A stretch of DNA of 64,000 bases from Pseudomonadota bacterium (lineage in GTDB: Bacteria; Pseudomonadota; Alphaproteobacteria; Rhizobiales; Tepidamorphaceae), in the NCBI GenBank assembly GCA_039181495.1, contig JBCDCP010000001.1, positions 365 through 64,364 of the forward strand, read 5' to 3'. The first letter of the stretch is position 1; the number at the start of each line of letters is the position of its first letter. The position numbers and the translations under genes are program-made. Positions 19,513 to 28,482 of this stretch are shown here, one piece after another. Below the pieces are notes generated by a model. The model was not told the DNA's origin, made no database searches, and worked only from the letters and a program-made list of their open reading frames with translations.

Positions 19513-20525
19513 TCGTGATCGGGGTCGTGCATCGGCCAGGCCCGAAACTCAAACGGCACCCGGCCCTCAATCCTGTCCTTGCGGGGCGGTAGTCCGAAAC
19601 GGTCATTATAGGCGCGGCTGAAGTGCACCTGGCTGTTGAAGCCGGATGCCACAGCGACTTCACTCAACTTCAGCTCCGTCTGGGTGACGAGCCCGCGCGC
19701 GCGATCAAGCCGAATATCCCTGTAATAGAGCGCCGCTGATTTCCGGACATATCGCTTGAACAGACGGCTAAGCTGCCGCTGCGAGATGTTCAACCGAACA
19801 CATATCTCGGGAATCGTCAGAGGCGTTTCTAGGTTGGCCTCCATGAGATCAACGGCGCGGCGGACAGCGCTCGGCGTGATGTGCCCAGTCGTCTCGATAG
19901 TTTTCGGATTTTGTGTTGCCGAAGGCCCACGAACGTCGTGGTGGAAAATGTAGCGCGCAACGGCGTTTGAGAGACTGATGCCCTTGATGTCTCGTAGGAG
20001 ATGGAGAGCGATGTCGACGGATGCAACGCCACCGCAGCAGGTGAAGACGTTGCCATCAATGACAAAAAGGTCTTCCGAGACGTCGAGGTCAGGAAACAGC
20101 TCAATCACTGCATCGATGTGCTCATAATGAACCGTCACCCGCTTGCCGCCCAACAGCCCGGCCTTGGCCAGCACGAAAGTTCCGGTGTCGAGCGCACCCA
20201 GCATTGCCCCATTGCGCGACCAGCGGATCAAGGCCTGATTGAACAAACCTGATGAATACTGTTCCGGGGTCCAGCTCGATGACACGACCACCAGATCGGG
20301 CTGTTTGTGATGGTGAGATTTGATCGGCTCGGTTGCGACCGAGAGTCCGCTGCTCGTTGGAACTTCGCCGCCCTCGTGTGACGCTATCGACCAGCGAAAC
20401 ATGGACTGTCCGGCGAGATAATTCGCAGCACGAAATGGATCGACAAAGGCCATCGTTGTCGCCGCGTTGAAGTAAGGCGTGACGATGATGAGAATCTCGA
20501 ACGATGCCGTGCCGATCCCGGCCAT
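19509..20525 (-). CDS. GlxA-family transcriptional regulator (DJ-1/PfpI-like domain + AraC HTH; CdhR/GbdR-like)
   Basis: An N-terminal amidotransferase-like domain (FTCCGGVAS) and a C-terminal AraC HTH (LSEVAVASGFNSQVHFSRAYNDRFGLPP). It converges on the catabolic operon. Confidence 0.85.
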   Translation of the reverse strand: MAGIGTASFEILIIVTPYFNAATTMAFVDPFRAANYLAGQSMFRWSIASHEGGEVPTSSGLSVATEPIKSHHHKQPDLVVVSSSWTPEQYSSGLFNQALIRWSRNGAMLGALDTGTFVLAKAGLLGGKRVTVHYEHIDAVIELFPDLDVSEDLFVIDGNVFTCCGGVASVDIALHLLRDIKGISLSNAVARYIFHHDVRGPSATQNPKTIETTGHITPSAVRRAVDLMEANLETPLTIPEICVRLNISQRQLSRLFKRYVRKSAALYYRDIRLDRARGLVTQTELKLSEVAVASGFNSQVHFSRAYNDRFGLPPRKDRIEGRVPFEFRAWPMHDPDHD

Positions 20526-20723
20526 GTCTATTTATGCAATGAGTTGGCCAAAAATGTAAAACAGGTCGGCTGTTCGAGTCGGTGATCATGCCGTCTTTGC
20601 GTCTCGGCTGGGCTTTCGATGGCTACGGCATAGGGGCATGGCATCGAGCGACGCTTGGCCGGCCACACGATTCTTGAATTCGATGGCGACCGAACGCTTT
20701 GGACGTGAAATCGTTTGCTGCCG

Positions 20724-21599
20724 TCACAGCTGTTTTTCAAAAAACTTGTCGGGATAGGGGTCGTCGTTAAAGCGAGGGATTTCGACCCAGCCAGTCGATC
20801 GGTACAGCTTTTCCGCCTCTGGAAGTGCTGAGTTTGTGTCCAGACGAAGCACGGACACGCCAATCTCGGACGCCGCCGTTTCAGCAGCTATCATCAGCCG
20901 GCGAGCGAGGCCGAGACCACGCGCGGAGGGCGCGACCCAGAGCCGCTTGATCTCCGCGGCTTCGCCGCCATGACCTTTGAGCCCAACGCAGCCTAGTGGC
21001 AGACCGTCGGAGATGGCGATGAAAAAACTGCCGCGCGGGCGGATCATGTCTTCCGCGTCGGGGTCGCAAGATAGCGAAACGTCAAAGCCGCGCTCGAAGC
21101 GACGTTCCAGTTCGGCATAATACTCTTCAAGGCAGTAGCGGGACCAATCGTGCCGCGGATCGGTTTCTTCGATTGTGATGCGGTTACGGCCAAATGCAGA
21201 ACCGATCAGATCCATGGCATCGAGCAGAGCCTCGCTGTCCGGGTACCGCGACATCAGATCGCCGGCTTGCGCATCCGACAACTGTTCGTAGGCTTCGAAC
21301 TCCCGCTCGCCTGTTGCTGTGAGGCTGGCAATGCGGGCGCGGGCGTCGTCAGAGTCAGGTGTCGTGACGATCATTCCATCAGCTTCAAGAGACCGAAGGA
21401 GCCGGCTTGTCAGTCCTGAGTCGAGGCCAAGATAGGCGCGCAATTCCGAGACACGGCTGTGACCATGTCCGATGGCGTTGAGCAGCCGGGCAGCCCCTAG
21501 CGGGCGCCCCCGTCCGAGAAATGAAGAATCCAGTGCGCCGACTTCCGTCGTGACGGCACGGGCAAACCGGCGGACGCGTGAGATAGGATCAAGACTCAT
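20724..21599 (-). CDS. MarR-type winged-helix domain fused to a GNAT acetyltransferase
   Basis: N-terminus: RLLNAIGHGHSRVSELRAYLGLDSGLTSRLLRSLEADGMIV (MarR-like). C-terminus: IKRLWVAPSARGLGLARRLM (GNAT acetyl-CoA motif A). Confidence 0.8.
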   Translation of the reverse strand: MSLDPISRVRRFARAVTTEVGALDSSFLGRGRPLGAARLLNAIGHGHSRVSELRAYLGLDSGLTSRLLRSLEADGMIVTTPDSDDARARIASLTATGEREFEAYEQLSDAQAGDLMSRYPDSEALLDAMDLIGSAFGRNRITIEETDPRHDWSRYCLEEYYAELERRFERGFDVSLSCDPDAEDMIRPRGSFFIAISDGLPLGCVGLKGHGGEAAEIKRLWVAPSARGLGLARRLMIAAETAASEIGVSVLRLDTNSALPEAEKLYRSTGWVEIPRFNDDPYPDKFFEKQL

Positions 21600-21684
21600 G
21601 GTAGCTGACTTTAGTCAGATAAAATGAGAGGTGCAATACCGCCCTGAATTCCGTGCGCATGCGTGGTTGATCTGACGTCCAAAG

Positions 21685-21725
21685 TGTCAAGTTTGTGTGA
21701 CATAGTTCGGCGAACACACTAGAGT
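21685..21725 (+). promoter_or_regulatory. PpsR/CrtJ-type palindrome TGTCAAGTTTGTGTGACA (21685-21702) overlapping a putative bchI promoter (GTGACA-N17-TAGAGT)
   Basis: An exact TGT-N12-ACA match lies 57 nt upstream of the bchI ATG. The right half-site works as a -35-like hexamer, and TAGAGT lies at 21720-21725. Confidence 0.6.
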
Positions 21726-21758
21726 TGCGCTGGTTGGGATGATGCTTGGCCCGCGTGC

Positions 21759-22829
21759 GTGTCGGCATGTTCAACGCATTCAACGGCAACAGGACCGTAT
21801 CCAGTGGCAGCACCGTTTCCATTCTCGGCCATTGTCGGACAGGACGACATGAAGCAGGCGCTGCTGATTGCCGCGGTTGATCCGGCGATCGGTGGTGTAC
21901 TTGTGCTGGGTGACCGCGGGACGGGCAAGTCCACCGCTGTGCGTGCGCTGGCCGCCTTGTTGCCAAAGATGGTGGCTGTGCAAGGCTGCCCGTATCATTG
22001 CGATCCGGAGAAGCCAGCGGCTTACTCCGAATATTGCAAGGGCCTTTCTGTCGAGGAGCTTGCCAAGACCGTGAAGATTCCGGTGCCCGTGGTGGATCTT
22101 CCGCTGGGCGCGACGGAAGACCGGGTGGTGGGTGCGCTCGATATTGAGAAGGCGCTGACGCAGGGCGAGAAGAGTTTTCAACCCGGGCTTTTGGCGCAGG
22201 CCAATCGTGGATTTCTCTATATCGATGAGGTCAATCTGCTCGAGGATCATCTTGTCGATCTGCTGCTCGACGTGGCGGCGTCGGGTGAGAACGTAGTGGA
22301 GCGCGAGGGCCTCAGTGTGCGCCATCCGGCACGCTTCGTGCTCATTGGCAGTGGTAACCCCGAAGAGGGCGAATTGCGGCCGCAGCTCATGGATCGGTTT
22401 GGGCTGTCGGTCGACGTGCGCACTCCCGAGGATCTCAAGACGCGTATCGAAGTCGTTCGCCGTCGTGACGCCTTTGAACGCGGTCCCGAAGAATTTCTGG
22501 AGAAGACGAAGCGCAAGGATGCTGCGATCCGGCGCAAGCTTGTGGCCGCGGCGCGCAGGCTGGATGAAGTCGATGTGCCCGACACCGCGCTGGAAACAGC
22601 CGCGCGGCTTTGCATTGCCTTGGGAACCGATGGATTGCGAGGTGAACTGACGCTGATGCGGGCAGCACGCGCGTTGACGGCGCTGGAAGGCCGGGATCAT
22701 GTCACTGATGCCGATATTCGGGCTGTCGCACCCATGGTGCTGAGCCACCGCCTGCGCCGCGATCCACTCGATGACTCCAGACCCGTGGTGCGTGTTGAGC
22801 GTGCTTTGGCAGAACTTTTTCCGGCGTGA
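21759..22829 (+). CDS. bchI: Magnesium chelatase ATPase subunit I
   Basis: PFPFSAIVGQDDMKQALLIAAVDPAIGGVLVLGDRGTGKST, GFLYIDEVNLLEDHLVDLLLD and SGNPEEGELRPQL. Confidence 0.95.
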   Translation: MSACSTHSTATGPYPVAAPFPFSAIVGQDDMKQALLIAAVDPAIGGVLVLGDRGTGKSTAVRALAALLPKMVAVQGCPYHCDPEKPAAYSEYCKGLSVEELAKTVKIPVPVVDLPLGATEDRVVGALDIEKALTQGEKSFQPGLLAQANRGFLYIDEVNLLEDHLVDLLLDVAASGENVVEREGLSVRHPARFVLIGSGNPEEGELRPQLMDRFGLSVDVRTPEDLKTRIEVVRRRDAFERGPEEFLEKTKRKDAAIRRKLVAAARRLDEVDVPDTALETAARLCIALGTDGLRGELTLMRAARALTALEGRDHVTDADIRAVAPMVLSHRLRRDPLDDSRPVVRVERALAELFPA

Positions 22830-22853
22830 TGGGGCCGGTATGCGTGAGGCCGC

Positions 22854-24782
22854 ATGAGCGGAAGAGACAAAGCGCCGGTTTTTGACATCGCCAATGAGGG
22901 GCGTGGTCAACCGCCCAAACCACCCTTGCCACCCGGCAAGTCTGCTCTCGGGCCGCCGTCTGAACCAGAACAGCCGGGCCCTGTAGGCCCTGATCCGGCA
23001 GAGGTGTGGTCGAACGCGCTGATGTCGGCTGCTTTAATTGCGATCGATCCGTCCGGGTTTGGTGGAGCCTGGGTGATGGCGCAGGCAGGCCCGGTGAGGG
23101 ACCGTTTTGTTGATGCAGTCAAGGCGTTGCGCCCGGATGACTCTGCGTTCCGCAAGATGCCGGCGCAGATCGCCGAGGATCGTCTCATTGGTGGGCTCGA
23201 CCTGACTGCCAGCTTGGCCAGCGGACGGGTCGTTGCCCAACGCGGGCTGATGGCCGAAGCCGATGGCGGCATGCTGGTTCTGCCCATGGCGGAACGGTTG
23301 CAACCAATCACAGTGTCCCGACTGTCGGAGGCACTGGACACCCATTGTGTCCGGGTCGAGCGGGACGGCATCGGCACTACCCATGAGGCACGGATCGGGA
23401 TCCTTGCGCTCGATGAAGGCACTGAGAATGACGACAGGGTGGCACATGCCCTGGTCGACCGGCTCGCGTTCTATGTGGACCTGAGCATGGTGCCCGTGCG
23501 TGTCGCTGAAGCGGGAACGTTAGGCGCGCATGAAATCGAGGCGGCGCGCCTGCTCTATGAGGCGATGCCTCACGATTCCCGGAGCATTGAGACGATCTGC
23601 GCACTGGCTGCGGCCTTTGGTGTTTCTTCGGTCCGGGCGGCGCTGTTTGCCTTGCGTGCGGCCTGTGCTTTCGCCGCGCTCGATGGCCGTAGCGTCATTG
23701 AAGACGAGGATATTGAAATGGCGACGCGGCTCGTCCTGCTGCCGCGTGCGACCCAGATCCCGGCGCCACCGGCCGAGGACGACAATGACGATCAGTCCGA
23801 TCCGCCACCTGACGACAATGCTGACGAGACGCCGCCGCCCGAAGATCCCGAACAGGAGATCCCGGAAGGCGGGCTGCAGGACAGCATGCAGGAGGCGGAA
23901 GCCGCGCTAATTCCCAAAGGGTTGCTGGACAAGCTGGCGGCGTCGGCACAACGCAGTCTGACGGCTCAATCTGGCGGTGGAAAGGGTGGCTTGCGGGCGG
24001 CACAGCTGCGCGGCCGCCCAATCGGGTCGCGTGCCGGTCGGCTTGATGGCCGCGCACGATTGCATGTGGTCGATACGCTCCGGGCCGCTGCACCATGGCA
24101 GCGCATTCGGAACAGTAACAACGATGATCGGCGCCAGGGCGGCAGGATCGCCGTTCGTGGAGAGGATATTCGCGTCCGTCGGTTCAAAGAGCGGATGGAG
24201 ACCCTGACGATCTTTGCCGTCGATGCATCTGGATCGCAGGCCCTGAACCGGCTCGGCGAAGCGAAGGGTGCAGTCGAATTGCTGTTGGCTGATTGCTATG
24301 CGCGCCGCGATCAGGTGGCACTTGTGGTGTTCAGGGGCGCTGACGCAGAGATCGTATTACCTCCCACCAGATCCCTGGTCCGCGCCAAACGGGCGCTGTC
24401 CGGCGTTCCGGGTGGTGGCGGCACACCTCTGGCAGCGGGGATCGATGCGGTGCGAATTCTCGCGGAGGATGCTCAGCGCAAAGGGCAAACTGCCCACGCG
24501 GTCTTCCTCACTGATGGCAGCGCGAATGTCGGCTACGATCCCAGCGGCGGCAGGGCTGCAGCCCGGGAAGATGCCCATAATGCTGGAGCGAAACTCAAGG
24601 CGCTCGGCGCAAGCGCGATCCTGATCGACACGAGCCCCCGCCCTCAGACACGCGCGGAAGACGTGGCCACCGCGCTGGGTGCGATTTATCTGCCGCTACC
24701 CTTTGCCAATGCCCGAGGCATTCGGGACGCTATCAATGTCCTACCCGGTTCTGCAGCCGGTCCGTCTACCCGGAGCCGATGA
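22854..24782 (+). CDS. bchD: Magnesium chelatase subunit D
   Basis: A degenerate AAA+ N-domain, an acidic/proline-rich linker (PAPPAEDDNDDQSDPPPDDNADETPPPEDPEQE) and a C-terminal vWA domain (IFAVDASGS...GGGTPLA). It lies directly after bchI. Confidence 0.92.
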   Translation: MSGRDKAPVFDIANEGRGQPPKPPLPPGKSALGPPSEPEQPGPVGPDPAEVWSNALMSAALIAIDPSGFGGAWVMAQAGPVRDRFVDAVKALRPDDSAFRKMPAQIAEDRLIGGLDLTASLASGRVVAQRGLMAEADGGMLVLPMAERLQPITVSRLSEALDTHCVRVERDGIGTTHEARIGILALDEGTENDDRVAHALVDRLAFYVDLSMVPVRVAEAGTLGAHEIEAARLLYEAMPHDSRSIETICALAAAFGVSSVRAALFALRAACAFAALDGRSVIEDEDIEMATRLVLLPRATQIPAPPAEDDNDDQSDPPPDDNADETPPPEDPEQEIPEGGLQDSMQEAEAALIPKGLLDKLAASAQRSLTAQSGGGKGGLRAAQLRGRPIGSRAGRLDGRARLHVVDTLRAAAPWQRIRNSNNDDRRQGGRIAVRGEDIRVRRFKERMETLTIFAVDASGSQALNRLGEAKGAVELLLADCYARRDQVALVVFRGADAEIVLPPTRSLVRAKRALSGVPGGGGTPLAAGIDAVRILAEDAQRKGQTAHAVFLTDGSANVGYDPSGGRAAAREDAHNAGAKLKALGASAILIDTSPRPQTRAEDVATALGAIYLPLPFANARGIRDAINVLPGSAAGPSTRSR

Positions 24783-24785
24783 ACC

Positions 24786-25718
24786 ATGTGGACGCAATTC
24801 GACAGACCGCGGTGGAGCAGAGAAGGTCAGGACTGGCCGAATCGCGAACACAGTCTGTTCGTCGAGGCTGATGATGTTCGTTGGCACGTTCAGCGGATGG
24901 GCCGCCGGGACGCTCGAACCCTAATACTCGTCCATGGCACAGGGGCATCGACTCATTCTTTCCGCGATCTCATGCCGATACTGGCGGAGGATTTTGATGT
25001 CATTGCCATGGACTTGCCGGGCCACGGCTTCACCGAGGCATCGTGGATGCTGCGGCCGACCTTGCCCCGCATTGCGACGGTCCTCGCCGGTCTGCTCAGG
25101 TCGCTTGATGTCGGTCAGGTTGTCGGGGTTGGGCATTCAGCCGGTGCTGCGATCCTCGCTCGGATGGCGCTCGATCATCACGACGGGCCCGCTGCACTGC
25201 CGGGAGGCATAGTCAGCCTCAACGGTGCCTTCATGCCGTTCAGGGGCATGGCCGGGCAGATCTTTCCTTCGATGGCCAAGATGCTGTTCATGAATCCCTT
25301 TGTGCCGCGCATGTTCGCGGCCACGGGCCGCGACCCCGAACGTGTGGCGCGGTTGCTCGACTCGACGGGGTCCAAACTCGACGCGCGGGGCCAGGACCTG
25401 TACCGGCGGTTGTTCACATCCCCGGGTCATGTCTCTGGGGCGCTTGCGATGATGGCCAACTGGGACCTTGACAGGTTGATCCGTGACTTGCCGCGTCTGC
25501 GGGTCCCGCTGACTCTGGTTACCGGTGACAAGGACGGGACCGTGTCCCCGGCCGATGCGCGGGATATCCAGGCCATGGTCAGGCACGCCGAGAGGATCAA
25601 CCTCGAGCATCTCGGGCATCTCGCCCATGAAGAGGCGCCGGAGTCGGTCGCTGATATTGTGCGGTCGCACCTTTCCCAGGTCGAACGGTCGGATTCCCAA
25701 AAAGTCGCGGTGTCGTAG
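24786..25718 (+). CDS. bchO: Alpha/beta-hydrolase BchO (magnesium-chelatase-associated accessory protein)
   Basis: LILVHGTGASTHSF...MDLPGHGFT...GVGHSAG nucleophile elbow. Its position after bchD and before crtI matches Rhodobacter. Confidence 0.85.
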   Translation: MWTQFDRPRWSREGQDWPNREHSLFVEADDVRWHVQRMGRRDARTLILVHGTGASTHSFRDLMPILAEDFDVIAMDLPGHGFTEASWMLRPTLPRIATVLAGLLRSLDVGQVVGVGHSAGAAILARMALDHHDGPAALPGGIVSLNGAFMPFRGMAGQIFPSMAKMLFMNPFVPRMFAATGRDPERVARLLDSTGSKLDARGQDLYRRLFTSPGHVSGALAMMANWDLDRLIRDLPRLRVPLTLVTGDKDGTVSPADARDIQAMVRHAERINLEHLGHLAHEEAPESVADIVRSHLSQVERSDSQKVAVS

Positions 25719-25753
25719 AATTGTGGATGTCCCGCTACTCTGACGAACGGTAA

Positions 25754-25771
25754 TGTCAGCCGATGCTGACA
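25754..25771. promoter_or_regulatory. PpsR/CrtJ-type palindrome TGTCAGCCGATGCTGACA overlapping the crtI start codon
   Basis: An exact TGT-N12-ACA with fully symmetric TGTCAG/CTGACA arms. The only plausible crtI ATG (25763) lies inside the spacer. Confidence 0.6.
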
Positions 25772-27307
25772 CGCGCCTCACCGCCTGATTCCGAGACGCT
25801 CGCTGACAAAGAGCAACACCATGCGCCACATGCTGTTGTTGTCGGTAGTGGTTTTGGCGGTCTGGCCGCTGCCGTGCGCCTTGGCGCACGCGGCTATCAG
25901 GTAACGGTGCTCGAGCAAAATGAGCAGCTTGGCGGCCGGGCTTCGGTGTTCCGGCAGGACGGTTTCACCTTTGATGCTGGGCCTACCATCGTCACGCTGC
26001 CTTTCCTGTTCGAAGAGTTGTGGACCCTTTGCGGGAGGCGCATGGAAGACGACATCGACATGCGCCAGCTGTCACCGTTCTACAAGCTGATGTTTCATGA
26101 CGGCTCGCACTTCTGTGCGTCTGGCGATCGTGAGGAAATGCGTGCTGAAGTGGCGCGTTTGTCGCCCGGGGATGTCACCGGCTATGACCGTTTCTTCGAA
26201 GAAAGCCGCAAGATCTACGGCTTTGCCTTCGAGCGTCTCGGCCAGATGCCGTTTCACCGGCTGTGGGACCTGATCAAGGTCATCCCTGAGTTCATTCGTT
26301 ACCGCGCCGACCGGTCGGTCTATGCACTCGCATCACGTTTCGTGCAGGATCCGCGCATCCGGATCGCGTTGAGCTTTCACCCGTTGTTCATCGGTGGAAA
26401 CCCGAACCGGGCAACGGGTCTGTACTCGCTCGTCTCCTATCTTGAGCATCGTTACGGCGTTCACTTCGCAATGGGCGGCACTGGTGCACTGGTGACTGGC
26501 ATTGCCGGACTGATCGAGGGTCAGGGTGGCACGCTGAGGTGCAATTCGGCGGTTGACGAGATTCTCGTTGAGAACGGACGGGCATCCGGTGTGCGCTTGG
26601 AAACGGGCGAAGTCTTGCCGGCTGATATCGTGGTGTCGAATGCCGACTCGGCCTTCACCTATGGCAATCTGCTGCGCAACCACAGCCGCCGCCGCTGGAC
26701 GGATAAGAAGCTGTCCTCGTCACGCTATTCCATGAGCCTCTTCGTCTGGTACTTCGGTACCGATCGGCTATACGAGGATGTCGACCATCATTGCATTGTG
26801 CTGGGCCCGCGCTACCGACCGCTGCTCAAGGACATTTTCGACCGCAAGCTGCTGGCAGACGATTTCAGCATCTATCTTCATCGGCCAACAAAGACTGATC
26901 CGTCACTGGCGCCGCCGGGTTGCGATACCTTTTACGCCCTGTCGCCGGTTCCGCATCTCGATGCCGATATTGATTGGAGTTCGATGGCCGAAACCTATCG
27001 GGAGAAGATCGCGGCTGAACTGGAACGGCGTCTGTTGCCCGGGCTGACCGACCACATCGTCACATCGAGACTGTTCACCCCGATCGATTTTCGTGATCGG
27101 CTTTCGTCGATCAAGGGTGCCGCCTTTGGTCTCGAGCCGATCATCACCCAGAGTGCATGGTTCCGGCCACATAATCGCAGCGAAGAAGTTGACGGCCTGT
27201 ATCTCGTGGGTGCAGGCACCCATCCCGGCGCGGGCCTTCCGGGCGTCATTTCCTCGGCTCGTATTCTTGATGACATCGTGCCACACGGGGAGACTGTTCG
27301 TGCGTAA
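25763..27307 (+). CDS. crtI: Phytoene desaturase
   Basis: HAVVVGSGFGGLAAAVRLGARGYQVTVLEQ..LGGR FAD fold, the C-terminal YLVGAGTHPGAGLPGV motif, and synteny with crtB. Confidence 0.93.
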   Translation: MLTRASPPDSETLADKEQHHAPHAVVVGSGFGGLAAAVRLGARGYQVTVLEQNEQLGGRASVFRQDGFTFDAGPTIVTLPFLFEELWTLCGRRMEDDIDMRQLSPFYKLMFHDGSHFCASGDREEMRAEVARLSPGDVTGYDRFFEESRKIYGFAFERLGQMPFHRLWDLIKVIPEFIRYRADRSVYALASRFVQDPRIRIALSFHPLFIGGNPNRATGLYSLVSYLEHRYGVHFAMGGTGALVTGIAGLIEGQGGTLRCNSAVDEILVENGRASGVRLETGEVLPADIVVSNADSAFTYGNLLRNHSRRRWTDKKLSSSRYSMSLFVWYFGTDRLYEDVDHHCIVLGPRYRPLLKDIFDRKLLADDFSIYLHRPTKTDPSLAPPGCDTFYALSPVPHLDADIDWSSMAETYREKIAAELERRLLPGLTDHIVTSRLFTPIDFRDRLSSIKGAAFGLEPIITQSAWFRPHNRSEEVDGLYLVGAGTHPGAGLPGVISSARILDDIVPHGETVRA

Positions 27308-27344
27308 GCCCAACGAAAACGGCGCTGATGAAAATGCGTCAGGC

Positions 27345-28391
27345 ATGGTCCTTTCGCGCGAAGATCTCGCGGTCTGCCGTGCGTTGATCAAAGACGGGTC
27401 CAAGTCCTTCTATACGGCCTCTTTGCTGCTCCCCGAACGTGTCCGTGCGCCCGCTTACGCGATCTATGCATTCTGTCGTGTCTCCGACGACGCCGTCGAT
27501 GATCCGGGCGCGAAGAGTGATGCCGTCACCGATTTGCGAGCGCGTCTGGACAGCGCCTATGCCGGTTCGCCGCGTGATGATGCGGTTGACCGGGCCTTTG
27601 CCGGTGTGGTCCGCCGCTATGCCATCCCCCGCTCCCTGCCAGAAGCACTGCTTGAGGGCCTTGAATGGGACATGCAGGGCCGGCGTTATCACAGCCTGTC
27701 GGAGCTCTATGATTATGCCGCCCGGGTTGCCGGCGCGGTTGGGGCGATGATGAGCACACTTATGGGTGCGCGAAGCCCTGATACGCTTGCCCGTGCGTGT
27801 GATCTCGGGGTTGCCATGCAGCTCACCAACATCGCCCGTGATGTTGGCGAAGATGCCCGTAATGGCCGGATTTATCTGCCGCTCGACTGGCTTGCTGAGG
27901 GGGGTATCGATCCAGAATCCTGGCTTGCCGATCCAGCGTTGACTCCGGAAATACAACGATTGACCGCGCGGCTGCTGGATGACGCTGATCATCTCTACAA
28001 TCGCTCGGTATCGGGCATCGCGCGGCTGCCGTCGGCCTGCCGCCCGGCAATTCACGCTGCCCGGCTGATCTACCGCGAGATCGGCAAAGTGGTTGAACGA
28101 AACGGATATGATTCGTTGTCGACCCGAGCTGTTGTCTCGGCCAGCCGGAAGGGTCAGCTTGTCGCTGCCGCATTGGGAGCCATGTTTGTGCCATCCGGTC
28201 CGCACTCTGATCCACCGCTCGATGAAACGGCATTTCTTGTGGATGCTGTGCCTCCCCGGGCGCCCAAGGCCGGGATCGGCGAAGGCGTTCACGCCGATTG
28301 GTGGGAGATCGATGAGAGGGCCGGTCGGATCGTGGCTTTGTTCGGCCAACTTGAAGCCCGCGACAAGCAGGGCTTTCGCGACGTTTCCTAA
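27345..28391 (+). CDS. crtB: Phytoene synthase
   Basis: SKSFYTASLLLPERVR, YAFCRVSDDAVD and the MQLTNIARDVGEDARNGRIYLP squalene/phytoene-synthase signatures. The start is ATG 27345, or the GTG at 27300 overlapping the crtI stop. The longer ORF-track model overlaps crtI and is rejected. Confidence 0.9.
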   Translation: MVLSREDLAVCRALIKDGSKSFYTASLLLPERVRAPAYAIYAFCRVSDDAVDDPGAKSDAVTDLRARLDSAYAGSPRDDAVDRAFAGVVRRYAIPRSLPEALLEGLEWDMQGRRYHSLSELYDYAARVAGAVGAMMSTLMGARSPDTLARACDLGVAMQLTNIARDVGEDARNGRIYLPLDWLAEGGIDPESWLADPALTPEIQRLTARLLDDADHLYNRSVSGIARLPSACRPAIHAARLIYREIGKVVERNGYDSLSTRAVVSASRKGQLVAAALGAMFVPSGPHSDPPLDETAFLVDAVPPRAPKAGIGEGVHADWWEIDERAGRIVALFGQLEARDKQGFRDVS

Positions 28392-28482
28392 GGGAAGTTG
28401 TCTGCCAATATACCAAGCGGACATGTGACTTCGGCCCGGCACGGTCTATATAGCGATCGTGCGAACAATGCGGGTCGAGCTG

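Noticed and set aside
21605-21618. Palindrome CTGACTTTAGTCAG next to the MarR-GNAT start codon, considered as an additional PpsR site or MarR operator
   Set aside because: It does not fit TGT-N12-ACA (the arms are in inverted order and the spacer is 4 nt). A MarR-operator role is possible but cannot be supported from the sequence alone.
21600-21760. The left PGC boundary, considered as a genomic-island or mobile-element junction
   Set aside because: No tRNA gene, integrase, transposase, IS end or direct-repeat scar is visible at the boundary or anywhere in the window. I cannot reliably quantify any GC shift by eye.
21780-22910. 376-aa minus-strand ORF antisense to bchI
   Set aside because: It lies entirely antisense to an unmistakable bchI and has an Arg/His-rich low-complexity translation. 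The same reasoning rejects these antisense or out-of-frame ORFs:
- 27339..28442, opposite crtB
- 47264..48487, opposite acsF
- 50449..51636, out of frame on the same strand as lhaA and bchM
- 55045..55764, opposite bchH
- 60409..61395, opposite ppaA
- 15490..16200, opposite the BKACE gene
- 16965..17846, opposite the ALDH gene
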